Source of the DNA: Candidatus Marinacidobacterales bacterium
GTDB taxonomy: Bacteria > Acidobacteriota > Vicinamibacteria > Marinacidobacterales > DATDRI01
Assembly (NCBI GenBank): GCA_965226495.1
Contig: OZ245365.1
Location: 4,736,001-4,800,000 of the forward strand
Reading direction: 5' to 3'
Length of the DNA: 64,000 nt
Shown here: positions 9,733-20,100 of the stretch, one piece after another
How the letters are laid out: each line of letters begins with the position of its first letter
Position numbering within the stretch: position 1 is the first letter of the stretch
Notes under the pieces: generated by a model
Told to the model about the DNA's origin: nothing
The model's database searches: none
Seen by the model: only the letters and a program-made list of their open reading frames with translations
Program-made: the position numbers and the translations under genes

Positions 9733-11020
9733 AAACGGACGGGTGGTAGATCCGGTCTCCAAGGTGGACGCGGTGGTCGACGTCCTCATCGAGGAGGGTC
9801 GCGTCGCCGCTGTAGGGGCAGTGGGTTCACAGCTCGCGGCTTCCGACGCGGAGACGCTCGACGCCAGCAATCGGGTCGTCGTTCCCGGATTAATCGACAT
9901 GCATGTTCACTTCCGTGAGCCCGGATTCGAGTACAAGGAGACGATCGAAAGCGGCGCCGCGGCGGCGGCGGCCGGTGGTTTCACCTCCGTGGCAGCCATG
10001 GCAAATACCTCACCTACCAACGACACGGCTGCCGTGACCGAGTTCATACTTCGACGAGCCGCCGAAGTCGGCACGGTGAACGTTTATCCAGTGGGAGCGA
10101 TCTCGAAGGGCCTCGAAGGAAAGCGGCTCACCGAGATCGGCGAGCTCGTGTCCGCCGGAGCGGTCGCGGTATCGGATGACGGACGCCCGGTCGAAGACCC
10201 TCACCTGATGCGGCGCGCCATGGAGTACTCCACCCTCTTCGACATCCCCATCATCGAGCATTGTGAGACCCTCGCGCTTCATCCCGAGGGAACGATGCAC
10301 GAAGGCTTCTGGTCGACTTCGCTCGGTCTGAGGGGAATCCCGGCGGCATCGGAAGAGATCGCGGTGCGACGGAACATCATCCTCGCGGAGCTCACCGGCG
10401 CCAAGCTCCACATCGCCCATCTTTCCACTAGCGGCGCCCTCGACGCGGTCCGACAGGCTAAGAGTAAAGGGCTACCCATCACCTGCGAGGTGACGCCGCA
10501 TCACTTATTGTTGACGGACGAAGCGGTTCGAAGCTACGACCCCAACACGAAGATGAAGCCGCCGCTGCGCTCAGAAGAGGATCGGCAGGCGATGATTTCC
10601 GGACTCGCCGATGGGACCATCGACGCCATTGCCACCGACCATGCTCCACATCACGCCGACGACAAGTGCGTCGAGTACGACCAGGCTGACTTCGGAATCG
10701 TTGGCCTGGAGACCGCGGTGGCCTTGTGCCTGGATCGCTTGGTGAAACCAGGTATCGTGTCCCTTCTCCGGCTCATCGAGCTCCTTGCCCCGAATCCTGC
10801 CCACATACTCGGCATACCCAAGGGGAGTCTTGCGGTTGGCGCCGATGCCGACCTCACGATTCTCGATCTCGACCGATCGTTCACCGTTCGGCCAGAAACG
10901 TTTCGCTCCAAAGGCCGCAACACTCCGTTCGGCGAGTGGAATCTCATAGGGTGCCCGGTAGCCACTTTGGTCGGTGGCCGCGTCGTTTGGGAAGCTGAGA
11001 ACGAGGATGCGAGCCGATAA
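9716..11020 (+). CDS. pyrC: dihydroorotase
   Basis: [36 protein letters not shown]. Confidence 0.97.
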   Translation: MRLLVKNGRVVDPVSKVDAVVDVLIEEGRVAAVGAVGSQLAASDAETLDASNRVVVPGLIDMHVHFREPGFEYKETIESGAAAAAAGGFTSVAAMANTSPTNDTAAVTEFILRRAAEVGTVNVYPVGAISKGLEGKRLTEIGELVSAGAVAVSDDGRPVEDPHLMRRAMEYSTLFDIPIIEHCETLALHPEGTMHEGFWSTSLGLRGIPAASEEIAVRRNIILAELTGAKLHIAHLSTSGALDAVRQAKSKGLPITCEVTPHHLLLTDEAVRSYDPNTKMKPPLRSEEDRQAMISGLADGTIDAIATDHAPHHADDKCVEYDQADFGIVGLETAVALCLDRLVKPGIVSLLRLIELLAPNPAHILGIPKGSLAVGADADLTILDLDRSFTVRPETFRSKGRNTPFGEWNLIGCPVATLVGGRVVWEAENEDASR

Positions 11021-11891
11021 GCTAGCGCGATGGCGTGTCGGACTCGATGCTCTACGCGCGCGTTACGACCGGCGTTACCTTTCCCCCGACCCGCTAGAGT
11101 TCCCGCGCCGTTTCACGAGAGCCGAAGATCGGGAGGTGGTGGGGCTCGTAGCCTCGAGTCTCGCCTACGGGAATGTAACGACGATTCGCCAGAGTGTGGA
11201 GAGGGTTCTCTCACGGATGGGACCCTACCCGGCTCAATTCGTGCTTGAAATCGAAGCAGGTCGTCAGCTGGAACGCTTCTCTGATTTCCGACACCGCTGG
11301 AGCAGCGGAAGAGACGTCGTTTGCTTGCTATTGTTCGCCCGTCAAATGTTGGAGCACGCCGGTTCCATCGGAGCCTTCTTCCGAGAAGCCTACGACCCGT
11401 CAGAAGAAAACGTGGGACCGTCTTTGGCTCGCTTCTGCGTGCGAGTGACCGAGCTCGACCATCAAGGTCTCTACGGAGGGAAGACCCTTCCTCGGTCCGC
11501 TGGTGTCCGCTATTTCTTCCCCAGCCCGGCAACCGGTAGTGCTTGCAAGAGACTCAACATGTACTTGCGTTGGATGGTGCGGCGGGACGACGGCCTCGAT
11601 CTAGGGCTATGGGATTTCGTATCGCCAGCCCAGCTGGTGATCCCTCTAGACACCCACATCGCGCGCATTGGGCAACATCTTGGTTGGGCACGGAGGAAAA
11701 CACCGGATTGGAAGATGGCGGTGGAGATAACGGACTTCTTGGCGCGGCTCGATCGTGACGACCCTACGAAGTACGACTTCGCCCTTTCTCGCATGGGAAT
11801 CCTAAAGCGTTGCCCTCGTCACCCGCGCACGCTCCAATGTGATCTATGCGATCTTCGACGAGCTCTTCGTCTCAGGAGACGGGCGGCTTGA
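11007..11891 (+). CDS. TIGR02757/DUF2400 family protein (HhH-GPD related)
   Basis: DPLEFP, LAYG.V, SACKRLNMYLRWMVR.D..DLG.W, IPLDTH, DPTKYDFAL. Confidence 0.92.
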   Translation: MRADKLARWRVGLDALRARYDRRYLSPDPLEFPRRFTRAEDREVVGLVASSLAYGNVTTIRQSVERVLSRMGPYPAQFVLEIEAGRQLERFSDFRHRWSSGRDVVCLLLFARQMLEHAGSIGAFFREAYDPSEENVGPSLARFCVRVTELDHQGLYGGKTLPRSAGVRYFFPSPATGSACKRLNMYLRWMVRRDDGLDLGLWDFVSPAQLVIPLDTHIARIGQHLGWARRKTPDWKMAVEITDFLARLDRDDPTKYDFALSRMGILKRCPRHPRTLQCDLCDLRRALRLRRRAA

Positions 11892-11898
11892 AGTCTAA

Positions 11899-12062
11899 GC
11901 GCGCGAACACAGCCATGAGCCCATGCGAAGTCGTCCACCGACGAAGCATGAGGCGTGGCAGGCAGATCGTGCCGGCCGCCAAAAAACGTGGTTGCTTTGA
12001 CCGGAGCCAGCCAGACGGCGGTGGGGCCCCGCGCTTCTAATCGAAGAGTGAGCGCGCATTGA
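11899..12062 (+). repeat. degenerate modular REP-like element
   Basis: cagccatgagcccatgcgaagtcg..., ggcggtggggcccc and gagtgagcgcgca modules match other copies. Confidence 0.7.
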
Positions 12063-12069
12063 GGAACTA

Positions 12070-12273
12070 ATGAACGACTGCTGCCTGAAAGAAGCTAAGC
12101 TCCATCTCAACAGGCACAGGGATGTAGCCCGTTGTGACGAGTGCGGCGCGCTGATCCTCGCGTACGGGAACGAGCGTGATTTCCGCAGCACGGTAGAGGA
12201 GCTCGAAGGCCAAGGCATCGGCTACCAAACGGAACGTGTCGGCGAGCTCTTCATTCTCGCGAAACTTTCCTAA
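12070..12273 (+). CDS. small hypothetical protein, possibly Zn-binding (CC...CxxC)
   Basis: RBS GAGGAA; fills the gap in operon orientation; MNDCC...CDECG. Confidence 0.7.
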   Translation: MNDCCLKEAKLHLNRHRDVARCDECGALILAYGNERDFRSTVEELEGQGIGYQTERVGELFILAKLS

Positions 12274-12281
12274 GTAACTTC

Positions 12282-13259
12282 TTGCGACTCTCGAAGCCTT
12301 TTCGCCCCCTGCCCCTGCTCACCGGTGGCCACAGACAAACCTTGGCCGGTCATTTCGCACGATCACGCTTGAGCTGGACTCGTTCTACCGAGGACGTGAT
12401 CGTGGACGCCCCCGATGGCGTGAAGTTACTTCTTCGCGTCAGCTGGCAAGAGGGCCCACGACACCAGAAACCGGCACTGATCTTGCTGCATGGGCTCGAA
12501 GGATGCGACACCTCAGGGTATGTCTTGAGTGCGGGCGAGTTGGCCTGCCGTGCCGGTTATCACGTGATCCGGATGAACCTTCGCGGCTGCGGCGATGCGC
12601 TGGGCGTGTGCCCAATCCTTTACAACGCGGGTGTGAGCCGAGACTTGCTAGCGGTGATGGACTGGGTGTCTTCCCAAGTAAGCCAAGCGTTCATCCTCGG
12701 TTTCTCACTAGGCGCTAACTTGACCCTTCTTTCGCTCGCACGACATCGTGCCGCTATTCCTCGGCAGGTTATTGGGGCGGTCGCCATCTCTCCTCCACTC
12801 GACCTGGCCGCGGTGGCGGACGCGCTCGATCGTCCTCGCAACACTATGTATCGACGGTACTTCCTGAGGCGACTCCGGGCTTCCTATCGACGTCGGCAGA
12901 AACTCTTGCCAGACCTTTATGAACACGGCGTGGAGCGGGATTGCCACAACCTCTGGGGGTACGACGAACTGATTACCGCAAGATACGCTGGCTACCAAGG
13001 CGCGGCCGATTATTACGCGCGCTCGAGCGCGGGGCCGGTGATGGTGGACATCGATCGCCCTACATTGATCGTGTCGGCTGGAGACGACCCACTCATTCCT
13101 GCTGAGTCCGTCACTCGATGGCCCGTCACGACACAAGTTCGCCGCGAGCTAACGCACACAGGTGGCCACGTCGGTTTCGTGGCTGGGTCGAGCGCGCCGG
13201 GTCTCTTTTGGGCCGCCGAGCGTGCGATCGATTTTTTAGATGAATGTTCGAAACAATGA
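12282..13259 (+). CDS. YheT-like alpha/beta hydrolase
   Basis: GHRQTL, HGLEG, NLRGCG, GFSLGAN, DYY.RSS, DDP, GGHVGF. Confidence 0.92.
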   Translation: MRLSKPFRPLPLLTGGHRQTLAGHFARSRLSWTRSTEDVIVDAPDGVKLLLRVSWQEGPRHQKPALILLHGLEGCDTSGYVLSAGELACRAGYHVIRMNLRGCGDALGVCPILYNAGVSRDLLAVMDWVSSQVSQAFILGFSLGANLTLLSLARHRAAIPRQVIGAVAISPPLDLAAVADALDRPRNTMYRRYFLRRLRASYRRRQKLLPDLYEHGVERDCHNLWGYDELITARYAGYQGAADYYARSSAGPVMVDIDRPTLIVSAGDDPLIPAESVTRWPVTTQVRRELTHTGGHVGFVAGSSAPGLFWAAERAIDFLDECSKQ

Positions 13260-13348
13260 TGACGTCGTATTACTCGTGGCGATTCAGCACTTACGAGGGC
13301 GCGCGAACTGCTTATTAGTGCCAGAAACGCTCGATTGGAAACTACTTG

Positions 13349-13525
13349 TTATGCGTGGCCAGCAGGTGGCGGGGCGGGTGGTCGAAGTGAAGGTAAAAAC
13401 GCTTCACCTTGTTGCTTTTGCGGACGGGCCGCTACTTTCCTTCGCTCGGCGGCTTTTTCCATGATGGCTTTGCGTCGACTGGCTAGAAACTCTAGAGACT
13501 CCGACTTGCGGGCTTTCTCCCCCAT
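13349..13525 (-). CDS. small orphan protein, 58 aa (MGEKARKSESLEFLASRRKAIMEKAAERRK...PPAPPPAGHA)
   Basis: Absent from the ORF track (<60 aa); AGGAGG 8 nt before ATG; upstream TTGACA-N18-TATCTT. Confidence 0.6.
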   Translation of the reverse strand: MGEKARKSESLEFLASRRKAIMEKAAERRKVAARPQKQQGEAFLPSLRPPAPPPAGHA

Positions 13526-13581
13526 TTTTGTTTCCTCCTAGGCGGGTCCTGGGTGAAAAGGATGCTAGTAAGGACGGAACA

Positions 13582-13611
13582 AAGATAAGCCCGCTAAACA
13601 CTCCGTGTCAA
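13582..13611 (-). promoter_or_regulatory. sigma70-type promoter for the 58-aa ORF
   Basis: TTGACA (13611-13606), N18, TATCTT (13587-13582). Confidence 0.5.
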
Positions 13612-13659
13612 GTTCTCCCAGGTAGAAAACAGAGTCGAGGAAGACAAGACGCCACGGTC

Positions 13660-15237
13660 TTACCTAACGTTGATTTGATGTTTGTCTAGAATGGTCCCCG
13701 TCACGCGTCGATAGGCCACGATCGATTTGTTGTAGTCGATCACCGATTGTAGATACTCGCCGGCGGCAACGGCGAGGTCACGTTGCGCTTGGACGATGAG
13801 GAAGCTGGTCGACATCCCCACTTTGAATTTCTTTTGCTCCGCCTCCATTCGCCTGAGCATGAGCTCTTGTGCCACGCGGTTAGACTCGATGCGTTTGCGG
13901 TTGGTCTGCACCAATCGCGCCGTGATACGAACTTGCTGGGCGATGACGAGCTCCTGGCTTTCGAGGACGGCTCGCTGTCGCCGGTAGTCCGCTTGTGCTT
14001 GAGCATGGGCCGCATCGGCAGAGCTGTTGCCCAATGGATAAGAAAAGACGAGGCCGAGGGACCAGTCTCGAAACTCGTTACTAAAGACTTGCTCCAAGGT
14101 ATCGTTGTAGCCTCCGGGGATCTCTTCGATAATTCCGCCTCCGAATCCTTGGTCGCGGATTATCTGATCGCCACCTAGACCATTGAGAGTATACGAGCCG
14201 ACTAGGTCCACTTGAGGCAGTTTCTGGTTTTTGGTATAGCGCACGTTGAAGTTACGCGTGTCCAGCTCGACATGAGATTCGGCAATCGTGGGCCTTCGGG
14301 CCAGCGCCGTTCGGACCGACTCGTCGAGATCGATCTCGACTTCCGACAGCTGGGGCGCGTCGGCGGGCTCTATTTGGAGACCCCAGAAATCCAAAGAGCT
14401 TGGATCGTTGATGAGGCGCCTCATCTCATCGGTGGTCCGCGCGATCGCTTCTTCCGAGATAATCACCGCATTCTCGCGGGCCGCCACTTCCGCCTGGGCC
14501 TCCAGCACATCGATGGGTGCCATCGTGCCCACCTCGACCTGAATCCGATTGTTGCGGAGTAGGTCCCTCGCCAGCTGAAGCGACTTCTGGTTCACGTCGA
14601 GATCGCGGATGCTAAAGACCCAGTCCCAATAGGCCTGCTCCACGCCGCTCACAAGATCCATCACCTCGGCTTCAAATTGGTGACGGGCGACTCGTTCGCC
14701 GTTCTGCGCAACCACGATCTGCTGCTTGATCGGGTTCAACTGTCGATTCTGCAAGATCGGTTGCGCGATCTGTGCACTGAGCCCGGTTCTGTAGCTGGGA
14801 TTGAACAAGAAAAAGATGTTGTTAGTGCTGGCGCGGACGTTGTCGAAGGCGATGAAGTAGTTCCCTCCCGTGGAAATCTCCTGCTGCCAAGAGAAGTTGT
14901 ATGCGGTATTGAAATTGGTCAGAGTCGTGGCACCGGCCAGCTGACTCCCACCCGGGGTACGGCTTCTCAAGTTGTTGAAATCGGCCCTGAAGAGTGGGTT
15001 GTACGCTCCCTTGGCACGACCGACATTCTCTCCCTGGGCCTGATAGCCGAGCCGGGCAATGACGACATCCAGGTTGTTCTCCAGAGCCATTTCAATGGCC
15101 TGCTGCATGGTGAGCTTTGTCGTACCCGCCACATCGGCTTGGGTAGGCGCCTGGGTCGAGGTTTGGGCATCTAGAGGAATGCCCATGAAGAGTAAGCTTA
15201 AGGCGACACCAAGATGTAAGAAGTGGTTCCGTTTCAT
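13660..15237 (-). CDS. TolC-family outer membrane protein
   Basis: Signal peptide, AIEMALENN, two OEP repeats, LPQVDL, FKVGMST...VQAQ. Confidence 0.92.
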   Translation of the reverse strand: MKRNHFLHLGVALSLLFMGIPLDAQTSTQAPTQADVAGTTKLTMQQAIEMALENNLDVVIARLGYQAQGENVGRAKGAYNPLFRADFNNLRSRTPGGSQLAGATTLTNFNTAYNFSWQQEISTGGNYFIAFDNVRASTNNIFFLFNPSYRTGLSAQIAQPILQNRQLNPIKQQIVVAQNGERVARHQFEAEVMDLVSGVEQAYWDWVFSIRDLDVNQKSLQLARDLLRNNRIQVEVGTMAPIDVLEAQAEVAARENAVIISEEAIARTTDEMRRLINDPSSLDFWGLQIEPADAPQLSEVEIDLDESVRTALARRPTIAESHVELDTRNFNVRYTKNQKLPQVDLVGSYTLNGLGGDQIIRDQGFGGGIIEEIPGGYNDTLEQVFSNEFRDWSLGLVFSYPLGNSSADAAHAQAQADYRRQRAVLESQELVIAQQVRITARLVQTNRKRIESNRVAQELMLRRMEAEQKKFKVGMSTSFLIVQAQRDLAVAAGEYLQSVIDYNKSIVAYRRVTGTILDKHQINVR

Positions 15238-15389
15238 TTCGCTTCCTCTTGAATGCAAAGTGTTAGTTGGTCATGGTCCCCACGGGTCCGGCCCCACTAA
15301 GAGAGATACGCTCCAAACATATGATTTGTTTCGGCCATTCTAGTACGGATGACCTTTCATTTGGAATGCCGAGTTGGTAGGCTCTCACC

Positions 15390-15983
15390 ATGTCGCCCGA
15401 AGAACTGATCGACCGTGCGAAGCGGGAGGGAGCCCTCTTGGAGGGGCACTTTCTGCTGTCCTCCGGCCTTCACAGCCCGTCCTACTTCCAATGTGCCCGC
15501 CTTCTCGCGCGGCCTGAGCTCGCCAGTGAGCTCGGCGGCGCGCTGGCCCAGATGATTGGACCGCGGGGCGCGGACTTCGTCATCGCTCCGGCTCTCGGTG
15601 GAATTCTGGTCGCGCACGAGGTGGCGCGAGCCCTAGGGGTGAGGGCGCTCTTCGCGGAGCGGGATGCCGCGTCCGGACGGCTGGCCCTTCGGCGCGGGTT
15701 CGCGATCGAGCCGGGCGAGACGGCCATCGTTCTCGAGGACGTCGTCACGACGGGTCGCTCCCTTCGCGAAACGATGGAGGTCGTCGAGGCCTATGGCGGG
15801 AAAGTCATCGCGACCGGCGCACTGGTGGATCGTGGCGGGGAACGAAAGGGCACCGACGGCACGCCCTTCTTTTCACTTGCCCAACTGGACTTTCCCACTT
15901 ACGAACCGACCGATTGTCCTCACTGCCGAGAAGGCTCGATCCCAATCAAACCTGGGAGCCGCCACCAGCAAGCCGGTGCCTAG
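15390..15983 (+). CDS. pyrE: orotate phosphoribosyltransferase
   Basis: GHFLLSSGLHS..Y.QC, PALGG, FAER, VLEDVVTTG.S, KPGSR. Confidence 0.96.
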   Translation: MSPEELIDRAKREGALLEGHFLLSSGLHSPSYFQCARLLARPELASELGGALAQMIGPRGADFVIAPALGGILVAHEVARALGVRALFAERDAASGRLALRRGFAIEPGETAIVLEDVVTTGRSLRETMEVVEAYGGKVIATGALVDRGGERKGTDGTPFFSLAQLDFPTYEPTDCPHCREGSIPIKPGSRHQQAGA

Positions 15984-16036
15984 CAGATTGACGGGCAGAT
16001 AGTCTGACATTCTGACAGGGGCCAAGCCGGATCGAT

Positions 16037-16774
16037 ATGCCTCTCTACAGGGTAACCCTCTCCTATGACGGCACCCTTTATTTAGGGTGGCAACTCCAAC
16101 CGCAGGGCGAGACTATTGCGAACCAGCTGCAGGCAGCGCTCGAAACCATGAACGGTGAGCCGGTCACGGTCGTCGGCGCCGGAAGAACCGACGCCGGCGT
16201 TCATGCACACGGGCAGGTTGCACATTTTCAGCTCGAAACAAACATTCCCCCTTCCGGTCTATTGAAAGGAATGAACTCGATCCTGCCGGCCGACATCCGA
16301 GTCCTCGAAGCCGAGCTCGCACCAGAGGACTTTCACGCGCGCTACAGCGCTCGATCGAAGGTCTATCAATACTTCATCGATCCCTCCTTGGTCGCATCGC
16401 CTTTTCGGACCCGTTACACGCTGCATCATCCTTATTCACTCGATCGAGACGCTATGTCCCGAGCCGCCGAGGCGTTTCTCGGCAGACGGGGCTTCGAAGC
16501 GTTCCGCGCGTCTTCCTGCGAAGCCAAGAGCGCGGTAAGAGAGTGCACCACATCCCGTTTCTTCGAGGACGGGACGGAGCTGGTGTACGAGATCGCGGCC
16601 AACGGATTCCTACACCATATGGTGCGAAACATCATGGGCACGCTTCTCGAGGTCGGCCGTGGAAAGCTGTCGCCCGAAGACATGGATGGACTCTTCGAGG
16701 CGCGTGACAGATCCCGATCGGGCCCCACGGCACCGGCTCGTGGCCTGCACCTGATCCGGGTCAGCTACGATTAG
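16037..16774 (+). CDS. truA: tRNA pseudouridine(38-40) synthase
   Basis: YDGT.Y.GWQ.Q, GAGRTDAGVHA.GQ, FHAR, GFLHHMVR, GPTAPA.GL. Confidence 0.97.
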   Translation: MPLYRVTLSYDGTLYLGWQLQPQGETIANQLQAALETMNGEPVTVVGAGRTDAGVHAHGQVAHFQLETNIPPSGLLKGMNSILPADIRVLEAELAPEDFHARYSARSKVYQYFIDPSLVASPFRTRYTLHHPYSLDRDAMSRAAEAFLGRRGFEAFRASSCEAKSAVRECTTSRFFEDGTELVYEIAANGFLHHMVRNIMGTLLEVGRGKLSPEDMDGLFEARDRSRSGPTAPARGLHLIRVSYD

Positions 16775-16997
16775 CCACCGCCGATAGCGGCTCACCATCG
16801 AGGATCTGTATCGTCGTGGACGCGCGAACCTCCTCGTCACTGGCGCCGGGAGCCAAGATCGGTGTCTTTAAAACGAAGACCGTTCCCTCCGGCAGGCTCG
16901 CGGCGGCGGAGCGGATCACCCGGGCTCGCGTCTCGATAAACGGATCCTCGCCGTCGAATCGAACCCCTGACGTCACACAGACTTCTGATTGTTTCAT
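16761..16997 (-). CDS. small hypothetical protein (78 aa), convergent with and overlapping the truA end
   Basis: AGGAGG 8 nt before the ATG of MKQSEV; occupies the truA-uvrA gap. Confidence 0.6.
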   Translation of the reverse strand: MKQSEVCVTSGVRFDGEDPFIETRARVIRSAAASLPEGTVFVLKTPILAPGASDEEVRASTTIQILDGEPLSAVANRS

Positions 16998-17139
16998 TCT
17001 CATCACCTCCTACCGAGGAGTGACGACAAAAACGAGCCTTCACCTCCTCCACTGACGTCAGGGTCGACCGATAGTGGCAACTGCCTGTTTTGGCGTCCCG
17101 TCCTTGATCCGCTCCTAGGCACAAGGCTAGTCTGTCGGG

Positions 17140-20100
17140 ATGGGTTCTAAACCAAACAGACGTCCATTACGAAGTGAAAAGAACTCTCCCGACGCCGTGA
17201 TCAGGGTCCGCGGAGCCCGTCAGAACAACCTCAAAGGCATCGACCTAGACCTGCCGCTTGGCGCGCTCGTGGCGGTGACCGGGGTCTCCGGCTCGGGCAA
17301 GTCCTCACTGGCGTTCGACACGCTCTACGCTGAGGGCCAGCGACGCTACGTGGAGAGCTTTTCCACCTACGCTCGTCAGTTCCTCGACCGCATGGATAAG
17401 CCGGCCGTCGACCGCATCGAAGGAATCCCGCCCGCCATTGCAATCAACCAAAGCAATCCGGTGAAGAACTCTCGCTCCACCGTCGGCACGATGACCGAGA
17501 TCACCGACCACGTGAAATTGCTCTTCTCCAAGCTAGCGGAGTTGTTCTGCCGCAAATGTGGGCAAAAGGTCGAGCGGGACTCGGTAGATACGATCCTCGA
17601 AAAATTGCTCAGTGAATTCGGAGGCACTCGACTCTTCATCACCTTCCCACTTCGAGTACCGGAAAAGACAAGTACCGAGGATGTCGAGTCCAGTCTGGAG
17701 GGACTGGGCCTACGCCGTCTTCTCGTCAACGGGAAGATCGAGGAGGTCTCCCGCAAGCTGCTGGCGCGACTCCGCGAGAAACCGATAGCCGTTGTCGTTG
17801 ACCGAACGACCAGCAAACCCGAAGGCCGGGAGAGGCTAGCGGATTCCCTGGGCCAGGCGCTTCATTTCGGCAAGGGGCACGTCAGCGTTTGGATTGATGG
17901 AGGGCAAGAGCTCGAAGAAGTTCCCTTTAGCGAGCATTTCCACTGTGCAACGTGTGACATCCACTACCCCGACCCGGTTCCGAACCTCTTTTCCTTCAAC
18001 AACCCCCTGGGAGCCTGCGAAAACTGCAAGGGCTTCGGCCGGACGATTGGCATCGATCTCGAGTTGGTCATCCCCGATCCTAGAAAAACATTGCGACAAG
18101 GAGCCATAAAACCGTGGACCACCGCCTCCTACCGCGAGGGCCAAGAAGATCTGCTCGCCTATTGTCGCCGCAAACGCATTCCTGAGGACGTCCCGTGGGC
18201 AAAATTGCCCCCAAAGCAACAACGCCATGTCATCGAAGGCGACCAAAGCTTCTACGGCATCCAAGGCTTCTTCGAGTGGCTGGAAACTCGTACATACAAA
18301 ATGCACATCCGAGTGCTTCTGTCGAAGTACCGGAGTTATGTGCGTTGCGAGTCGTGCGGCGGCACTCGATTCAGGAAAGAAACGCTGCTCTATCGCGTGG
18401 AAGGAAGAACCATCGCCGAGATCTACGCGGCGGACATCGAGGAAGCACTTGATTTCTTCACTCAGTCGCCGAGTCGTCCAGGCGATCGCGTCGCGGAGAT
18501 GCTGCTCGACGAGATCGAAAACCGGCTAACTTACCTACGCGACGTCGGCCTCGGGTATCTGACGCTCGATCGTCAGTCGCGCACACTTTCCGGAGGGGAG
18601 GTCCAGAGGGTGGATTTGACTACCGCCCTCGGATCCTCCCTGGTGAACACGCTCTACGTCTTGGACGAGCCTTCGGTAGGCTTGCATCCCAGAGATACCT
18701 CGCGGTTGATGGACATCTTGAAGCGGCTGCGTGACAACGACAACACCGTCGTGGTCGTGGAGCACGAACCGGAAGTGATTCGGCGTGCCGATCGAGTCGT
18801 GGACCTTGGCCCTGGTGCCGGCGAACGAGGCGGTGAGCTGGCGTTTTTTGGAGCGCCGGCCGAGCTCGTGAAATCGGCGAACACTTTGACCGGGAAGTAC
18901 CTCTCCGGACAGCTGCGTATTCCATGGCGGGGCTCACGCCGCAAAGGGCGCGAAGGTCACGCGATTCACATCCGCGGGGCCAAACAGAACAATCTCCACA
19001 ACGTCGATGTCGAGATCCCGCTCGGTGTCATGGTGGCGGTCACCGGGGTCTCGGGCTCCGGCAAGAGCACTTTGATCGAGGACATCCTCTACCGCGGGTA
19101 CCGAAAATGGAAAGGCAAAGGGATGGGTGAGCCGGGCGCCTGTGACGGCCTCGACGGTTTGGAGCTCGTTCAAGAACTGGTCCTCGTCGATCAATCGCCT
19201 ATCGGTAGAACGCCTCGTTCGAACGCCCTCACGTATCTCAAGACGTATGCGCCCATCCGACAGCTCTTTGCCTCCACCCGTGCGGCTCACGACCGCGGCT
19301 TCTCAGCAAGCACCTTCAGCTTCAACGTGGACGGTGGTCGCTGCCCGCTGTGCTCTGGAGAGGGGTTCGAAAAAGTCGAGATGCAGTTCCTCTCCGACGT
19401 CTACGTGACCTGCGAGTCGTGCGGCGGAGCCCGATTCAAACAAGAGGTGCTCGAGGTCCGGTTTCGCGGCAAGAACATCCAAGACGTGCTCGGAATGACG
19501 GTGACGGAAGGAATTCGCTTCTTCGCCGGGTGGGAGAAGATCGTTACTCCGCTGGAAGTTCTGCGCGGTGTAGGGCTCGGGTATCTGCGCCTCGGTCAGC
19601 CGGTCAACACGCTATCCGGCGGCGAAGCCCAACGATTGAAGCTGGCCTACCACATGAGCGGTGCGGTCGCGGAAGGAACGCTTTTCTTGTTCGACGAGCC
19701 GACCACCGGACTACACTTCGACGACATCCGCGTCCTCCTGTCCGCCTTCGACAAACTTCTCGAGCAAGGCGCCAGCATCCTGATTATCGAGCACAACATG
19801 GACGTCGTGAAAAACGCCGATTGGGTAATCGATCTGGGGCCGGAGGGAGGCGAAGCCGGCGGACGGGTCGTTGCCATCGGGACTCCGGAACAAATAGTGA
19901 GATCGCGTGCGTCCCACACCGGGAAATATCTGGCGCCGTACTTGAAACAGAAACCACCTCGCATCGCATCTTCACCACTTCCTCGGCAGGAGCTCGACAC
20001 TGGCACGGTTCGCGTCATTGGCGCCCGACATCACAACCTCAAGAACGTCACCGTCGACACGCCACGCGACCAAATGGTCGTTATCACTGGCCTCTCCGGC

